A stretch of DNA of 64,000 nt, taken from an uncultured Eubacteriales bacterium. GTDB taxonomy: Bacteria; Bacillota; Clostridia; RUG12999. The translations under genes and the position numbers were made by a program. Positions within the stretch are counted from its first letter, which is position 1; every line of letters starts with the position of its first letter. Below, in pieces: positions 48,691 through 58,805 of this stretch. The notes under the pieces are model-generated. The model saw only the letters and a program-made list of their open reading frames with translations. It had not been told where the DNA came from and made no database searches. The stretch spans positions 148 through 64,147 of the forward strand of contig CAZQDP010000005.1 of assembly GCA_964592375.1 (NCBI GenBank), in the 5' to 3' direction.

Positions 48691-51600
48691 TTATTTCATT
48701 TTTACGTTTTCAATTCCCAAAAGGGTTTGTAGCATTTGCTCTGTTTGTGCAGTATAATCAACACATGCATCCCATTTCATTCTGTCGCAAAACTCCTCAC
48801 GGTAAAACACCACGGGAGTAGAACCCGGGCTCTGAAGCAGAGCCTGTTTTACCTGAGGGAGAAGAAAGTCTTTGCCGATTTTAAAGCGCAGATATAAGGT
48901 CTTTTCCGTAGGCGGGCTTGGGGGCACGACAGGTCCTGCATTTCGTATATCCTCCAAGAGGACCACTTCCTCTGCAATGAGCTTGGAGTCTCCATCTTCT
49001 TTGAGGTCAATTCTGCCACGGATGAGCACATGCATATCCACTTGAAGGCATGGTGCAAACTTTTGTAGCACTTTGGGAAAAACAACGACCTCAATACTGC
49101 CGGAAAGGTCCTCTATTTGCACAAAAGCCATGGTAGAAGAAGACTTTGTTAGTTTGTCTTTTTTTGCAGTTACAATGCCTGCCATAGACACGAAATCCTT
49201 ATCGTGCACAGGGGCACTCTGAGATACATCTTCAAAATATTGGACAATATCCCCAGTCGTTAAAGTGACATATTGGCTGATAAGATCAGCATATTCATCT
49301 AACGGATGGCCGGACACATAAATACCTAGCATTTCCTTTTCCATGGCCAAAAGTGTTGGCGTATCAAATTCCTTCCTATTGTTCAAAGGTCGAAGAACCG
49401 CGGCCTCTTCTTCCCCAAACAGTGACATTTGACCTTCTACGTTTTTACGACGAACATTTGCTATTTCATCCATTTCATCTTCATAGATAGCCAGTAGGTG
49501 GGAGCGTTTTTCACCCAAGCTATCAAATGCGCCGCACTTAATAAGACTTTCAACAGCACGCTTGTTGTTGTCGGAGCCCTGCATACGCAAAAGAAAATCT
49601 CCAAAGGATTGAATGGGCGTGTCTTTGCGTTTTTCAATAATGCTCGTTACAAGATTGTATCCAATATTTTTAATGGCCGCAAGACCAAAGCGAATGCAGT
49701 TGCCATCCACCGTAAATCCTTCATGGCTGCACCCAATATCCGGCGGCAAAAGCTTAATTCCCATTCGGCTACATTCTGCCACATAGGTTGAAACTTTGCC
49801 CGATACTCCCAAAACGCTCGATAGCAGAGCCGCCATATATTGGGTGGGGTAATGATATTTAAAATAGGCAGTTTGATATGCCACTATGGCATAGGCCGCC
49901 GCGTGAGATTTATTAAATGCATAATTTGCAAAATCCATCATTTCATCAAAAATAGCATTGGCACATCGCTCATCTATTCCCCTGCGAATTGCACCCTCCA
50001 ATAGCACATTTCCCTGCTCGTCCACCATGCCATGCACAAAATGTGCTCTCTCTTCCTCCATCACAGTGGCTTTCTTTTTAGACATCGCTCTACGCACAAG
50101 ATCCGCTCTGCCCATGGAATATCCTGCCAGATCACGCACGATCTGCATGACCTGCTCTTGATAGACCATGCAACCGTAGGTTACGCTCAAAATGGGCTCT
50201 AAAAGAGGGTGCTTATAGGTGATGCTATCTGGACGGTGCTTGCCCCTTATGTAATACGGAATTTGATCCATGGGGCCGGGACGGTAGAGGGAAATGCCAG
50301 CAATTAAATCTTCTATGCTACGAGGCATCAGCTCCTTCATGAATTGCTTCATGCCGCGGCTTTCCAGCTGAAACACGCCGTCTGTATTGCCCTGTGAGAG
50401 CATGTCGAACACGCCGGCATCCTGCTGATCAATATCCTCTAAGGAAACTTTTTCTCCCGTGCTCTCTAAAATAATACGCAAGGTATCGCGCAGGACCGTG
50501 AGGTTGCGAAGACCCAAAAAGTCCATCTTTAAAAGACCTAAATTTTGCAGGGTATCCATATCAAATTGGGTGGTGATCACATCTCCGTTTCGGGAAAGCG
50601 GCACATAATCAGTCACCGGTTTTTCGCAGATAACAACGCCTGCCGCATGGGTAGAGGCATGGCGAGGAGTGCCTTCTAAAGCCATGGCAATATCCAGCAT
50701 TTCCTTCATTTGAGCATCATTATCATAAATGGCTTTCAGCTCAGAGCTAATCTCCAGGGCACGCGCAATGGTGATTTTTAGCTCATTTGGGATGAGCTTT
50801 GCAATCCTGTCTGCCTCTGCATAGGGCAAGCTCAGCACCCTGGCGCAGTCACGTACGGCTTGCTTGGCACCCATTGTACCAAAAGTAATAATCTGTGCCA
50901 CATTGGCCTTGCCGTATTTTTCCACCACATAATCGATGACCTCTTGGCGTCGCTCTATGCAAAAATCAATATCGATATCAGGCATGCTAATGCGCTCCGG
51001 ATTTAAAAAGCGCTCAAATAAAAGATTATATTTCATCGGATCGATATCGGTAATGCGCAGGCAATAGGACACGAGGCTACCAGCGGCAGAGCCTCTGCCG
51101 GGGCCAACAATAATGCCGCTATCCTTCGCATATTTGATAAAATCCCATACAATTAAGAAATAGTCCACATACCCCATATTTTCAATGGTTTCAAGCTCAT
51201 AGAAAAGCCGTGGTTTTAGCGACTCGGAATGCTTGCCATAGCGCTCGGAAAGTCCTTCAAGACACAAGCTGCGCATATACGCCGCCGCATCCGTGACACC
51301 CTCAGGCAACTGATAACGAGGCAAGTGCAGCTCGTCAAAGGAAAGCGCTACATTGCACCTGGCGGCAATGTCTACCGTATTGCGAGCAGCCTCGGGAAGG
51401 GCAGGAAAGAGGGCGGCCATTTCATCCCCCGATTTTAAGTAAAATTCATTGGTATCAAACCGCATTCTCTTTTCCATGTCTACTGTTTTACCGGTCTGGA
51501 TACACAAAAGTGCATCCTGCACCTTGGCATCCTTTTGATGAATATAATGTACGTCATTGGTTACAACAAGGCCGATACCCAGCCGATGAGATAAATCAAT

Positions 51601-52170
51601 CAGTTTGATATTTACCCTGCGTTGCTCCTCAATGCCGTGATCCTGCAACTCAATAAAAAAATTATCCTTGCCGAAAATATCGAGGTAACGTAGTGCATAT
51701 TTTTCTGCCAATGCATCATCATTTTCTAAAAAACTGCGGCAAATATCTCCTGCCAGGCAAGCAGACAGTGCAATAATTCCCTCATGATGGGCAAGCAAAA
51801 GCTCCATATCCACACGAGGTTTGTAATAAAACCCTTCCGTATAACCAGCAGATACAATTTTAAGCAAATTAAAATAGCCCACATTGTTCATGGCAAGGAG
51901 CACAAGATGACCCGGCTCTGCATCCTGGCGACCGTCCATGTCAAAGCGGCTGCGCCGAGCGGTATATACCTCACAGCCTAAAATTGGCTTAAGGCCTGCA
52001 CTTTTGACTTTATTATAAAAATCAATGACACCAAACATGCAGCCATGGTCTGTAATGGCGATGCTGTCCATTCCCAGTTCCTTGGCACGTGCGGCCAATT
52101 TACCAATTTTACAAGCACCATCTAGCAAGCTGTATTCACTGTGGTTATGAAGATGAACAAATGGCGTCAT
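48691..52170 (-). CDS. dnaE: DNA polymerase III alpha subunit DnaE
   Basis: The PHP N-terminus is MTPFVHLHNHSEYSLLDGA...ITDHG. The protein is 1159 aa. The GS region reads DFLGLRNLTV. Confidence 0.9.
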   Translation of the reverse strand: MTPFVHLHNHSEYSLLDGACKIGKLAARAKELGMDSIAITDHGCMFGVIDFYNKVKSAGLKPILGCEVYTARRSRFDMDGRQDAEPGHLVLLAMNNVGYFNLLKIVSAGYTEGFYYKPRVDMELLLAHHEGIIALSACLAGDICRSFLENDDALAEKYALRYLDIFGKDNFFIELQDHGIEEQRRVNIKLIDLSHRLGIGLVVTNDVHYIHQKDAKVQDALLCIQTGKTVDMEKRMRFDTNEFYLKSGDEMAALFPALPEAARNTVDIAARCNVALSFDELHLPRYQLPEGVTDAAAYMRSLCLEGLSERYGKHSESLKPRLFYELETIENMGYVDYFLIVWDFIKYAKDSGIIVGPGRGSAAGSLVSYCLRITDIDPMKYNLLFERFLNPERISMPDIDIDFCIERRQEVIDYVVEKYGKANVAQIITFGTMGAKQAVRDCARVLSLPYAEADRIAKLIPNELKITIARALEISSELKAIYDNDAQMKEMLDIAMALEGTPRHASTHAAGVVICEKPVTDYVPLSRNGDVITTQFDMDTLQNLGLLKMDFLGLRNLTVLRDTLRIILESTGEKVSLEDIDQQDAGVFDMLSQGNTDGVFQLESRGMKQFMKELMPRSIEDLIAGISLYRPGPMDQIPYYIRGKHRPDSITYKHPLLEPILSVTYGCMVYQEQVMQIVRDLAGYSMGRADLVRRAMSKKKATVMEEERAHFVHGMVDEQGNVLLEGAIRRGIDERCANAIFDEMMDFANYAFNKSHAAAYAIVAYQTAYFKYHYPTQYMAALLSSVLGVSGKVSTYVAECSRMGIKLLPPDIGCSHEGFTVDGNCIRFGLAAIKNIGYNLVTSIIEKRKDTPIQSFGDFLLRMQGSDNNKRAVESLIKCGAFDSLGEKRSHLLAIYEDEMDEIANVRRKNVEGQMSLFGEEEAAVLRPLNNRKEFDTPTLLAMEKEMLGIYVSGHPLDEYADLISQYVTLTTGDIVQYFEDVSQSAPVHDKDFVSMAGIVTAKKDKLTKSSSTMAFVQIEDLSGSIEVVVFPKVLQKFAPCLQVDMHVLIRGRIDLKEDGDSKLIAEEVVLLEDIRNAGPVVPPSPPTEKTLYLRFKIGKDFLLPQVKQALLQSPGSTPVVFYREEFCDRMKWDACVDYTAQTEQMLQTLLGIENVKMK

Positions 52171-53597
52171 TTACAAATTTCCTCTTCCTTTTTCGAATTG
52201 TTTAAAATGATTTCTCCCGCTTTGAAAATGTCTCCCGCGCCCATGGTAATAATCATATCCCCTTTTGTAGCGGCCCTTTGAGCATAAGAGGATATTTTTT
52301 CAAAGGTTGGCAGGTATATGGCGTTTCTGCCGCATTCACGTATGCTAATGGCCAAATCGCTGGAGGAAACAATGCCTTCATCCTTTTCCCGAGCGGCATA
52401 AATATCGGCTAATATCACTTCATCTGCATCTCCAAAAGCGGAGGCAAAATCATCAAAAAATGAGAATGTTCTGGAATAAGTGTGAGGCTGAAAAATACAA
52501 ATCAGGCGGCCGTCGCAAATATCCCGAGCGGCGGAAAGACTCGCCATAATCTCTGTGGGATGATGGGCATAATCATCATATATCGCAACGCCAGCTACTT
52601 CACCTTTGTATTCAAGCCGCCTTTTTACGCCTTCATAATCTTCAATGCCGCGGCAAGCAACGCTCATATCAAGCCCCAAGGCATATGCATTGGCCAGGGC
52701 GGCCAAGGAGTTGAGCAGATTGTGCCTGCCGGCAACGCGCAGGCAAACTCGGCAAATTGGCTCGCCGCATATCTCCAGCAAATAGCAAGGCAAACCGCCT
52801 GCATACTGCACGTCTACCGCACGGAGCATGGCATCCGCATTGGCAAGGCCGTAGCTGATTATTCTGCATCGGGCTTTTGAAACCACTTTCTGCACATCAA
52901 TATCATCCCAAAGTGCCACCACATATCCGCTTGAAGGCACAAGGGAAACAAATGCTTCATATGCGCTTTCATAATCATCCTTATCTTTAAAATAATCTAA
53001 GTGATCCGGCTCAACATTGAGCACCGTAACGCCAAAAGGACGAAAACTCAAAAAGCTTCGGTGATATTCGCATGCCTCTGCCAAAAAATATTCTCCGGCA
53101 CCCGTGCGTAAATTTCCCCCGATTTTATCAAGCTCGCCGCCCACCATAATGGTAGGGTCACAGCCACTTTCAATTAAAATATGGGATAGCATAGAAGTCA
53201 CTGTGGTTTTTCCGTGCGTGCCCGATATGGCAATGGGATAAGGGAATTCATCCATGATAAGGCCTAGTAGCACGGGCCGCTCCACCATAGGAATTCCGGC
53301 ATGGGCAGCGGCTGCACGCTCCGGATTATCCTGCTGTACGGCGGCAGTATATACAACCAAATTAGCGCCTCCCACATTTTCCGCTCGGTGGGATAAAAAC
53401 ACCTGTGCCCCCTTGCTTTCAAGATGTGTAATCATGGGCGTTAGGTGCAGGTCCGATCCGGTTACCCGAAACCCCTTTTGCATCATCACAAGTGCCAAGG
53501 CACTCATGCTAATACCGCCAATTCCAATAAAATGAACCCTGCCACCTGAAGGGATTAAATGTAAACTATCCAAAATCAGTTTCATTCCTTTCGACAC
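52167..53597 (-). CDS. murC: UDP-N-acetylmuramate--L-alanine ligase
   Basis: The Mur ligase N-terminus reads HFIGIGGISMSALA and the ATP site GTHGKTTVTSM. The protein is 476 aa. Confidence 0.85.
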   Translation of the reverse strand: MSKGMKLILDSLHLIPSGGRVHFIGIGGISMSALALVMMQKGFRVTGSDLHLTPMITHLESKGAQVFLSHRAENVGGANLVVYTAAVQQDNPERAAAAHAGIPMVERPVLLGLIMDEFPYPIAISGTHGKTTVTSMLSHILIESGCDPTIMVGGELDKIGGNLRTGAGEYFLAEACEYHRSFLSFRPFGVTVLNVEPDHLDYFKDKDDYESAYEAFVSLVPSSGYVVALWDDIDVQKVVSKARCRIISYGLANADAMLRAVDVQYAGGLPCYLLEICGEPICRVCLRVAGRHNLLNSLAALANAYALGLDMSVACRGIEDYEGVKRRLEYKGEVAGVAIYDDYAHHPTEIMASLSAARDICDGRLICIFQPHTYSRTFSFFDDFASAFGDADEVILADIYAAREKDEGIVSSSDLAISIRECGRNAIYLPTFEKISSYAQRAATKGDMIITMGAGDIFKAGEIILNNSKKEEEICK

Positions 53598-53877
53598 TCA
53601 CGCTTGCATTGCACAATAAAAGAAGCCCCGATCACCTTTAAAACGGGAGAAGTGGTTTTATGAAGTTTTCTCAATATCATGCAAGACATTTTGAATGGAT
53701 GCCTCATTTATAACATTTACGTATATTATATTATATTATCTTAAAAATATAAATAGTATTTTGAAAATTTTGATATATTTCACAAAAAATAAGTGTATTT
53801 CTATGAAAATCCACTGCACATTCGCAGTTGCTGTGCAACAAGTACAGATATTCATCAGACGATTTGAGATACTGCAA

Positions 53878-53905
53878 CAATAAAAGCCTTGATTGCTCAA
53901 GACTT
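53878..53905 (-). terminator. Weak terminator-like hairpin downstream of the HD-GYP gene
   Basis: On the minus strand, AAAAGTCTTGAgcaaTCAAGGCTTTT forms a 10/11-bp stem and is followed by ATTG. Confidence 0.25.
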
Positions 53906-53946
53906 TTATCCACATTATTGCATTTTTCTATTTTATTTGCGCCGTA

Positions 53947-56481
53947 CTATGATACGATAGATACCTTAGCGATAGAGCTTATCTTCCCTTTCATGACAAG
54001 ATCAATAAAAATTTCTGCAAGTTTAGGGTCAAACTGCGTTCCTGCATTTTTCTTCAGCTCTAAAACAGCAAACTCAAAGGGCATTGGCTTTTTGTATTGC
54101 CTCTCAGAGGTCATGGCATCAAAAGCATCCGCAATGGCAAGGCATCTGCCACCAATTGGAATATCCTCGCCTTTGATCCCTCGTGGATAGCCTCGGCCAT
54201 CCCAACGCTCGTGATGGCTGATGGCAATGGGGATTAAGTAGTTCAGTGCAGGAAGATGCTTAATAATTTCCACTGAATTTTCTACATGTTTCTTCATTTC
54301 AAAATATTCATCGTCATCCAGTTTTCCTTGCTTGGTCAAAATGTGCTCGGATATGCCAATCTTCCCGATATCATGTAGCAGAGCGGCTTCTTTAATAATT
54401 TTGACATGCTCCGCATCAAGACCGAGTTCTTTGCCAAGGGCAATGGCATATTCCGCCACACGCTGGGAATGACCAAAGGTGACGTGGTCCTTCACATCAA
54501 TGGCGGCAGTCAACGCATGGATAGTGGTTGCATATTCCGCATATTTATCATTTGAGCTAAGAGATTTTTGGTCGATTTCTTTTTCATACACCTTGCCCGA
54601 TGCATAGGTTACAATCTTATTTTTACCGGAAAACTTTGCATTGTACACAGCAAGCTCCACATTTTGTAAAAGCTGAGCAATGGATGAGGCCGTATAGGGA
54701 TAGGTTGCAATGCCTGCACTTAAGGTAAGGGTTTTAAGCTTAGAGGTTGGCTTAAACGCCAGCTGGCTTTTGATTTTTTCCGCGAAGTAGAGCGCCTTGA
54801 TGGAATCATACCCCGGCAAAATAACGGCAAACACCTTGCCACTGTAGCGTACAGCCTTGCCGCACTCACCCAAGGTAGATTTGATAATATTTGCAATCTC
54901 TTTTAGCGCAATATCGCCTTCGGAGTATCCATAAAGCTGATTGTATAGCTTAAAATCGTCAACATTTAAAAATAGAAGGGATAATACATCATTTTTAGAT
55001 TTCTCCATAAAGGTATCAAGCTGCTCATGAAAGAATTTCCGATTAAGCAGGCCTGTTAGGTCGTCTGTTCTGGCGTCATTGTATACCTTTTCATACAGAT
55101 GAGCGTTTTTAATAGCAATGGAGGTAATGGAACCGACCGACTCTAAAAAGTTGATATTTTCCGAAGATAAACAGATTTTACTGGGCTTGCCGCATATTAC
55201 CACAATGCCATACAAACAATCCTCTACCTTCAGTGGGGCAAGACACAAGGCGTTAATTCTTGCAAGCTCACTTTTCTCATGTTCCCACATGGCCTTATAG
55301 TGCACGGATTTTGAAAACTCGCTCAGAAGAAGACAATTCGATGCATTCTCATCCACCGCACCCTTTAGCAATGCCAAAACGCATGGATTATCTTCCCGGA
55401 GGGTAAAATCACGTCTGGCCAGTGGACTGCATGTTGCGACTGTTATATAAGATGCTCGCTTCTCATCCTTTAAGCAAATATAAATTTTATCGATATTGAT
55501 GGTGGTTTTGATAATGGAAATCAGGGCGGCGGAAATTTCATCAATATTAAGCGTTTTTGATATTGTTGCGCTATAATTTTTAATATTATTGTCTCTGTCT
55601 TTTCTTGTACGGAACTGCTTGACATTTAACTTTTTAACCAAAAAGTACGCAAAGGCAACTGATACAAGAAACAGAAGATTAACGACAAATAAATGGTTTT
55701 GTGTAAACATGGGTGTTGCATTTTTGATAAATGCATCAATATCATTTACAAAGTAAAAGAAAATCACGGAGGTAAAGATAGCGGCGGTAAAGCCAATGGT
55801 ATTGCTGGAAACCAACAATTGAAGTGAAAATAAACGTTTTTTATACAACGATATGAGCAGTGCCACGGCATAGAAAATGCCGGACAATGTATCAAATGGA
55901 AATACATTTCCCGGAATAACAGAAAGAAGATTACCCGCAAATAAAATATACATCCCGATGGCAACAAAGATAAGCCCCGAAGACATCGCGGAATTCTTTT
56001 TCAAAGACGTATTGACCATGTAGGAGGCACGTAGTACAATCAGTGCAAAGAAAGTGGTGGGAATGAGTACATGCCATGTGGTATTGTATAAAAAAACCAC
56101 TCGGTTCGGTTCGATATAAGTGAGTGTAGGTACAGCTAAAAATACTTCAAAATGCGTAAAGAATAGCAATATGATGGTTCCCGTCCAGAAAAACAAGCGC
56201 AGGAATTTATTTTTAAGACCGGTATAGGTGCTAATAAAATCATACATCAATACGGGTGCGGAAAAAATCGACAAAAGCGAAATCTCATACCACAGCCGAT
56301 ATCCGGGGTACAACAACAAGCGCATAAAAAGTGAACCGGCAGTCCACCCGATAAACGCAACTAAAAGCATCATAAACGAGCGTAAAAGCTCATTCTTTTT
56401 GGCAATAAGTATACAGCAAAGTAAGAAACCATAGCAGCATAAAGCAATCAATTGTACATAAATGAAAGGTATGGCTGCCAT
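53947..56481 (-). CDS. Polytopic membrane signalling protein: ~9 TM N-domain, then GAF, degenerate GGDEF and HD-GYP c-di-GMP phosphodiesterase domains
   Basis: The GGDEF-domain fold is present (DDLTGLLNRKFF...), but the signature reads RYSGKVF in place of RYGGEEF. The HD-GYP motifs are intact: HDIGK...HHERWDGRGYP. Confidence 0.7.
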   Translation of the reverse strand: MAAIPFIYVQLIALCCYGFLLCCILIAKKNELLRSFMMLLVAFIGWTAGSLFMRLLLYPGYRLWYEISLLSIFSAPVLMYDFISTYTGLKNKFLRLFFWTGTIILLFFTHFEVFLAVPTLTYIEPNRVVFLYNTTWHVLIPTTFFALIVLRASYMVNTSLKKNSAMSSGLIFVAIGMYILFAGNLLSVIPGNVFPFDTLSGIFYAVALLISLYKKRLFSLQLLVSSNTIGFTAAIFTSVIFFYFVNDIDAFIKNATPMFTQNHLFVVNLLFLVSVAFAYFLVKKLNVKQFRTRKDRDNNIKNYSATISKTLNIDEISAALISIIKTTINIDKIYICLKDEKRASYITVATCSPLARRDFTLREDNPCVLALLKGAVDENASNCLLLSEFSKSVHYKAMWEHEKSELARINALCLAPLKVEDCLYGIVVICGKPSKICLSSENINFLESVGSITSIAIKNAHLYEKVYNDARTDDLTGLLNRKFFHEQLDTFMEKSKNDVLSLLFLNVDDFKLYNQLYGYSEGDIALKEIANIIKSTLGECGKAVRYSGKVFAVILPGYDSIKALYFAEKIKSQLAFKPTSKLKTLTLSAGIATYPYTASSIAQLLQNVELAVYNAKFSGKNKIVTYASGKVYEKEIDQKSLSSNDKYAEYATTIHALTAAIDVKDHVTFGHSQRVAEYAIALGKELGLDAEHVKIIKEAALLHDIGKIGISEHILTKQGKLDDDEYFEMKKHVENSVEIIKHLPALNYLIPIAISHHERWDGRGYPRGIKGEDIPIGGRCLAIADAFDAMTSERQYKKPMPFEFAVLELKKNAGTQFDPKLAEIFIDLVMKGKISSIAKVSIVS

Positions 56482-58106
56482 TAAACCTTCACCTCCCGGG
56501 GGAAGAACTCATGCTGAGCAATCTTTTGTATTTCCGTAAGTACATAGGAGGGTGCATTCATTCGTGGGACGGCTTCGCCTGTTCTCTTTTGATATTCCTC
56601 TAAGGCACCACATTTTAAAATGGTAATTTTAAGCGGCTCAATTCCGAGCAGTTTTTTTAGATCTTTACAATCATTGTCGAAATATTTAAAATAAACACTG
56701 AGGTGATCTGTAAGCACCGAGGAACTGACGGCGGTTGTTTCCAGACTTTCCTCAAAATATTCAACATACAAATTTAAATATGGACGATTATTTAAAAATT
56801 CTTTTCTCGCAAACCAGTTTTTCAGTGTTAAACCCGAAACACGAATGGCCTCTGAAATGGTATTTTCCGTAATTCTGGTAAAGCCTGCAATATCAATCAC
56901 AGTGGGCACTCTGTCTACATATGTCAAGTGTGGCAGGGCTACACCGTCTGCCATGCTCACATTGGCTGTGCAACAGTACACATCACCAACTCGATAACGC
57001 ACAAAGGCACCGCCTTTTAATACTGAAATGACAATTTCATAGTTTTTGTTTACAGTCAGCTCGCTGAGCAAATAAGTGGTCGGTTTAAAGGAAGGATTTG
57101 CAATGTTTTTTAGCATATCCTCTTCAGGAATGAACTCATAAAAACAAGCATCGGGGAATAAAATAATGCCATTTTTTGCCCAAGTTTCCGTTCCGATACA
57201 GGTAGGCTCCGTTCCGGCTGCAATTTCCGATGGGCGAATTCCCCAATATTCCTCTAAAAAGTCTTTATACACGGCAGTGTCTGTGCCTGCGCAAATAAGG
57301 GATTTTAATTTGAAGATATCTTTGGGTTTTAAAGGCGTTTTTTTGATTTTGCTTTTAATTGTAGCACCAAGTAACCTAAAAAACATAAAGGGTGAAAGCT
57401 TAAGCAGTGATTTGATACCCGAGCCTGTGCTCGAGCTTTGTGTGCAAAAGCTTTCCGTAATATAGGTAATCACACTGCTCAACCCTGCAAACATATCAAT
57501 GCCATGCTGAAGACCAAGCTTAAACCCGGCTCTGTTGCGCTCGCCAAAAGACATTTTGGCACCATCTTCCAAGGAAGGCAGATACTGATAATTAAATTCT
57601 TCATTGAGTAGCAAAGGGAATAGGCCTGTAGCAAAAGGCAAGGGAGCAAAACCATAGAGCATTTTGTCTCCTGGTCTTAAAAAGAACTCGCCCCGAGCTG
57701 TGCTTGTGGACAGCATGGCCACCGCCAACACATTATTTTTATAAACATCAAGCATATTTCTTGTATATGGTGCAAGCTTGATAGGGTGCTTTCCACCCTC
57801 CCAAGTGGTTTCAATCCAAATAACAGGCTCTGCCGGTAGCATATCCTTGTCCTTCGACAAAAGAACATCGGCATAATCCGAAAAGGTGGTGAGGGGAACC
57901 ATTTCACGGAACTCCTTCACACTACGAGGCGTTTTTCCGTTTAAAATCTTCTGTCCAAGACCACTTTTCGACCAAAGCGCAAGTTGCTCTTCCATCAGCC
58001 GAAATTGAATTTGCATATATTCATCAATCGTTAAATCCAAAAAACCACAATATTCATCCCAAAGGGCCTCATATTGTCTCTTTTTTAGCTTGTCCACAAA
58101 TTTCAT
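56481..58106 (-). CDS. GH3-family protein (bacterial homolog of plant acyl-acid amido synthetases)
   Basis: The protein is 541 aa. Its N-terminal pattern (...SVKEFREMVPLTTFSDYADVL...EPVIWIETTWEGGKHPIKLAPYT...) aligns by eye with the bacterial GH3 pattern (YEDFK..VPI.TYEDIKPYV...SSGTT..KFIP). A stop/start TAATG overlap links it to the HD-GYP gene. Confidence 0.5.
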   Translation of the reverse strand: MKFVDKLKKRQYEALWDEYCGFLDLTIDEYMQIQFRLMEEQLALWSKSGLGQKILNGKTPRSVKEFREMVPLTTFSDYADVLLSKDKDMLPAEPVIWIETTWEGGKHPIKLAPYTRNMLDVYKNNVLAVAMLSTSTARGEFFLRPGDKMLYGFAPLPFATGLFPLLLNEEFNYQYLPSLEDGAKMSFGERNRAGFKLGLQHGIDMFAGLSSVITYITESFCTQSSSTGSGIKSLLKLSPFMFFRLLGATIKSKIKKTPLKPKDIFKLKSLICAGTDTAVYKDFLEEYWGIRPSEIAAGTEPTCIGTETWAKNGIILFPDACFYEFIPEEDMLKNIANPSFKPTTYLLSELTVNKNYEIVISVLKGGAFVRYRVGDVYCCTANVSMADGVALPHLTYVDRVPTVIDIAGFTRITENTISEAIRVSGLTLKNWFARKEFLNNRPYLNLYVEYFEESLETTAVSSSVLTDHLSVYFKYFDNDCKDLKKLLGIEPLKITILKCGALEEYQKRTGEAVPRMNAPSYVLTEIQKIAQHEFFPREVKV

Positions 58107-58690
58107 TTTATTATCTCCATTACTACTTTGTTTTTCTGCAAATTGGTGATAAAGCCTTTAAAAGTCGCTCTGCTTGGAAACATAAATGGTGTTGCAAGTC
58201 TATATGCTGGGTATCCTTCAAATATTTTGGGGAATATATAATAATCCTGAAATAGACTATATAGGATATTGCAACCCCCAAAAACGATAAACGCCAACAA
58301 AACAAAATCAATACCGGTAAATGCCCATAAGCTCAAATAAAAAAGCATAAAGCAAGGGAGCGCGGGATGACGGCATAGTCCATATGCACCCTTCGTGCAT
58401 AAAGCAAATTGCTCAGCCTCACAGTAGGTTTTTTTAAATGGAATGGCAAAAAACAACGAATAAACAGTGAGCCCCAAGAAAAGAACTGCCATGAGAAGAA
58501 CAACTACTTTTCCAAGCAAGGGAAGGGCAAAGTGACTATCGTAAAACAAAATGCCAACTGTCGCAACGACAACCAAGATAAATCCCATCAAAAACTGCAA
58601 CGATAGAAATTTGTTTTTTATAAAAACCTGGTTTATGTCATACACAAAAAACAGCATAAAGCCTATAAGACCTAACCAAATAAACGGCAT
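58103..58690 (-). CDS. Membrane methyltransferase-like protein (ICMT/PEMT-like isoprenylcysteine carboxyl methyltransferase family)
   Basis: The ~195-aa protein has 4-5 TM segments. RHPALPCFMLFYLSLWAF resembles the ICMT RHPxY motif. The C-terminal region reads FEGYPAYRLATPF. The start is taken at the internal Met, which has AAAGGA 8 nt upstream. An ATGA overlap links it to the GH3 gene. Confidence 0.4.
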   Translation of the reverse strand: MPFIWLGLIGFMLFFVYDINQVFIKNKFLSLQFLMGFILVVVATVGILFYDSHFALPLLGKVVVLLMAVLFLGLTVYSLFFAIPFKKTYCEAEQFALCTKGAYGLCRHPALPCFMLFYLSLWAFTGIDFVLLAFIVFGGCNILYSLFQDYYIFPKIFEGYPAYRLATPFMFPSRATFKGFITNLQKNKVVMEIIK

Positions 58691-58805
58691 AACAAATATC
58701 CTTTCGCTTGATTGTATTTTTTGATGATGTATTCCAAAGGCTAGTGCGAGGCAAATCATTGGGAGGTTTCACCTTGAAAAACCGGCGCATAGAGATGCCA
58801 AAGTT

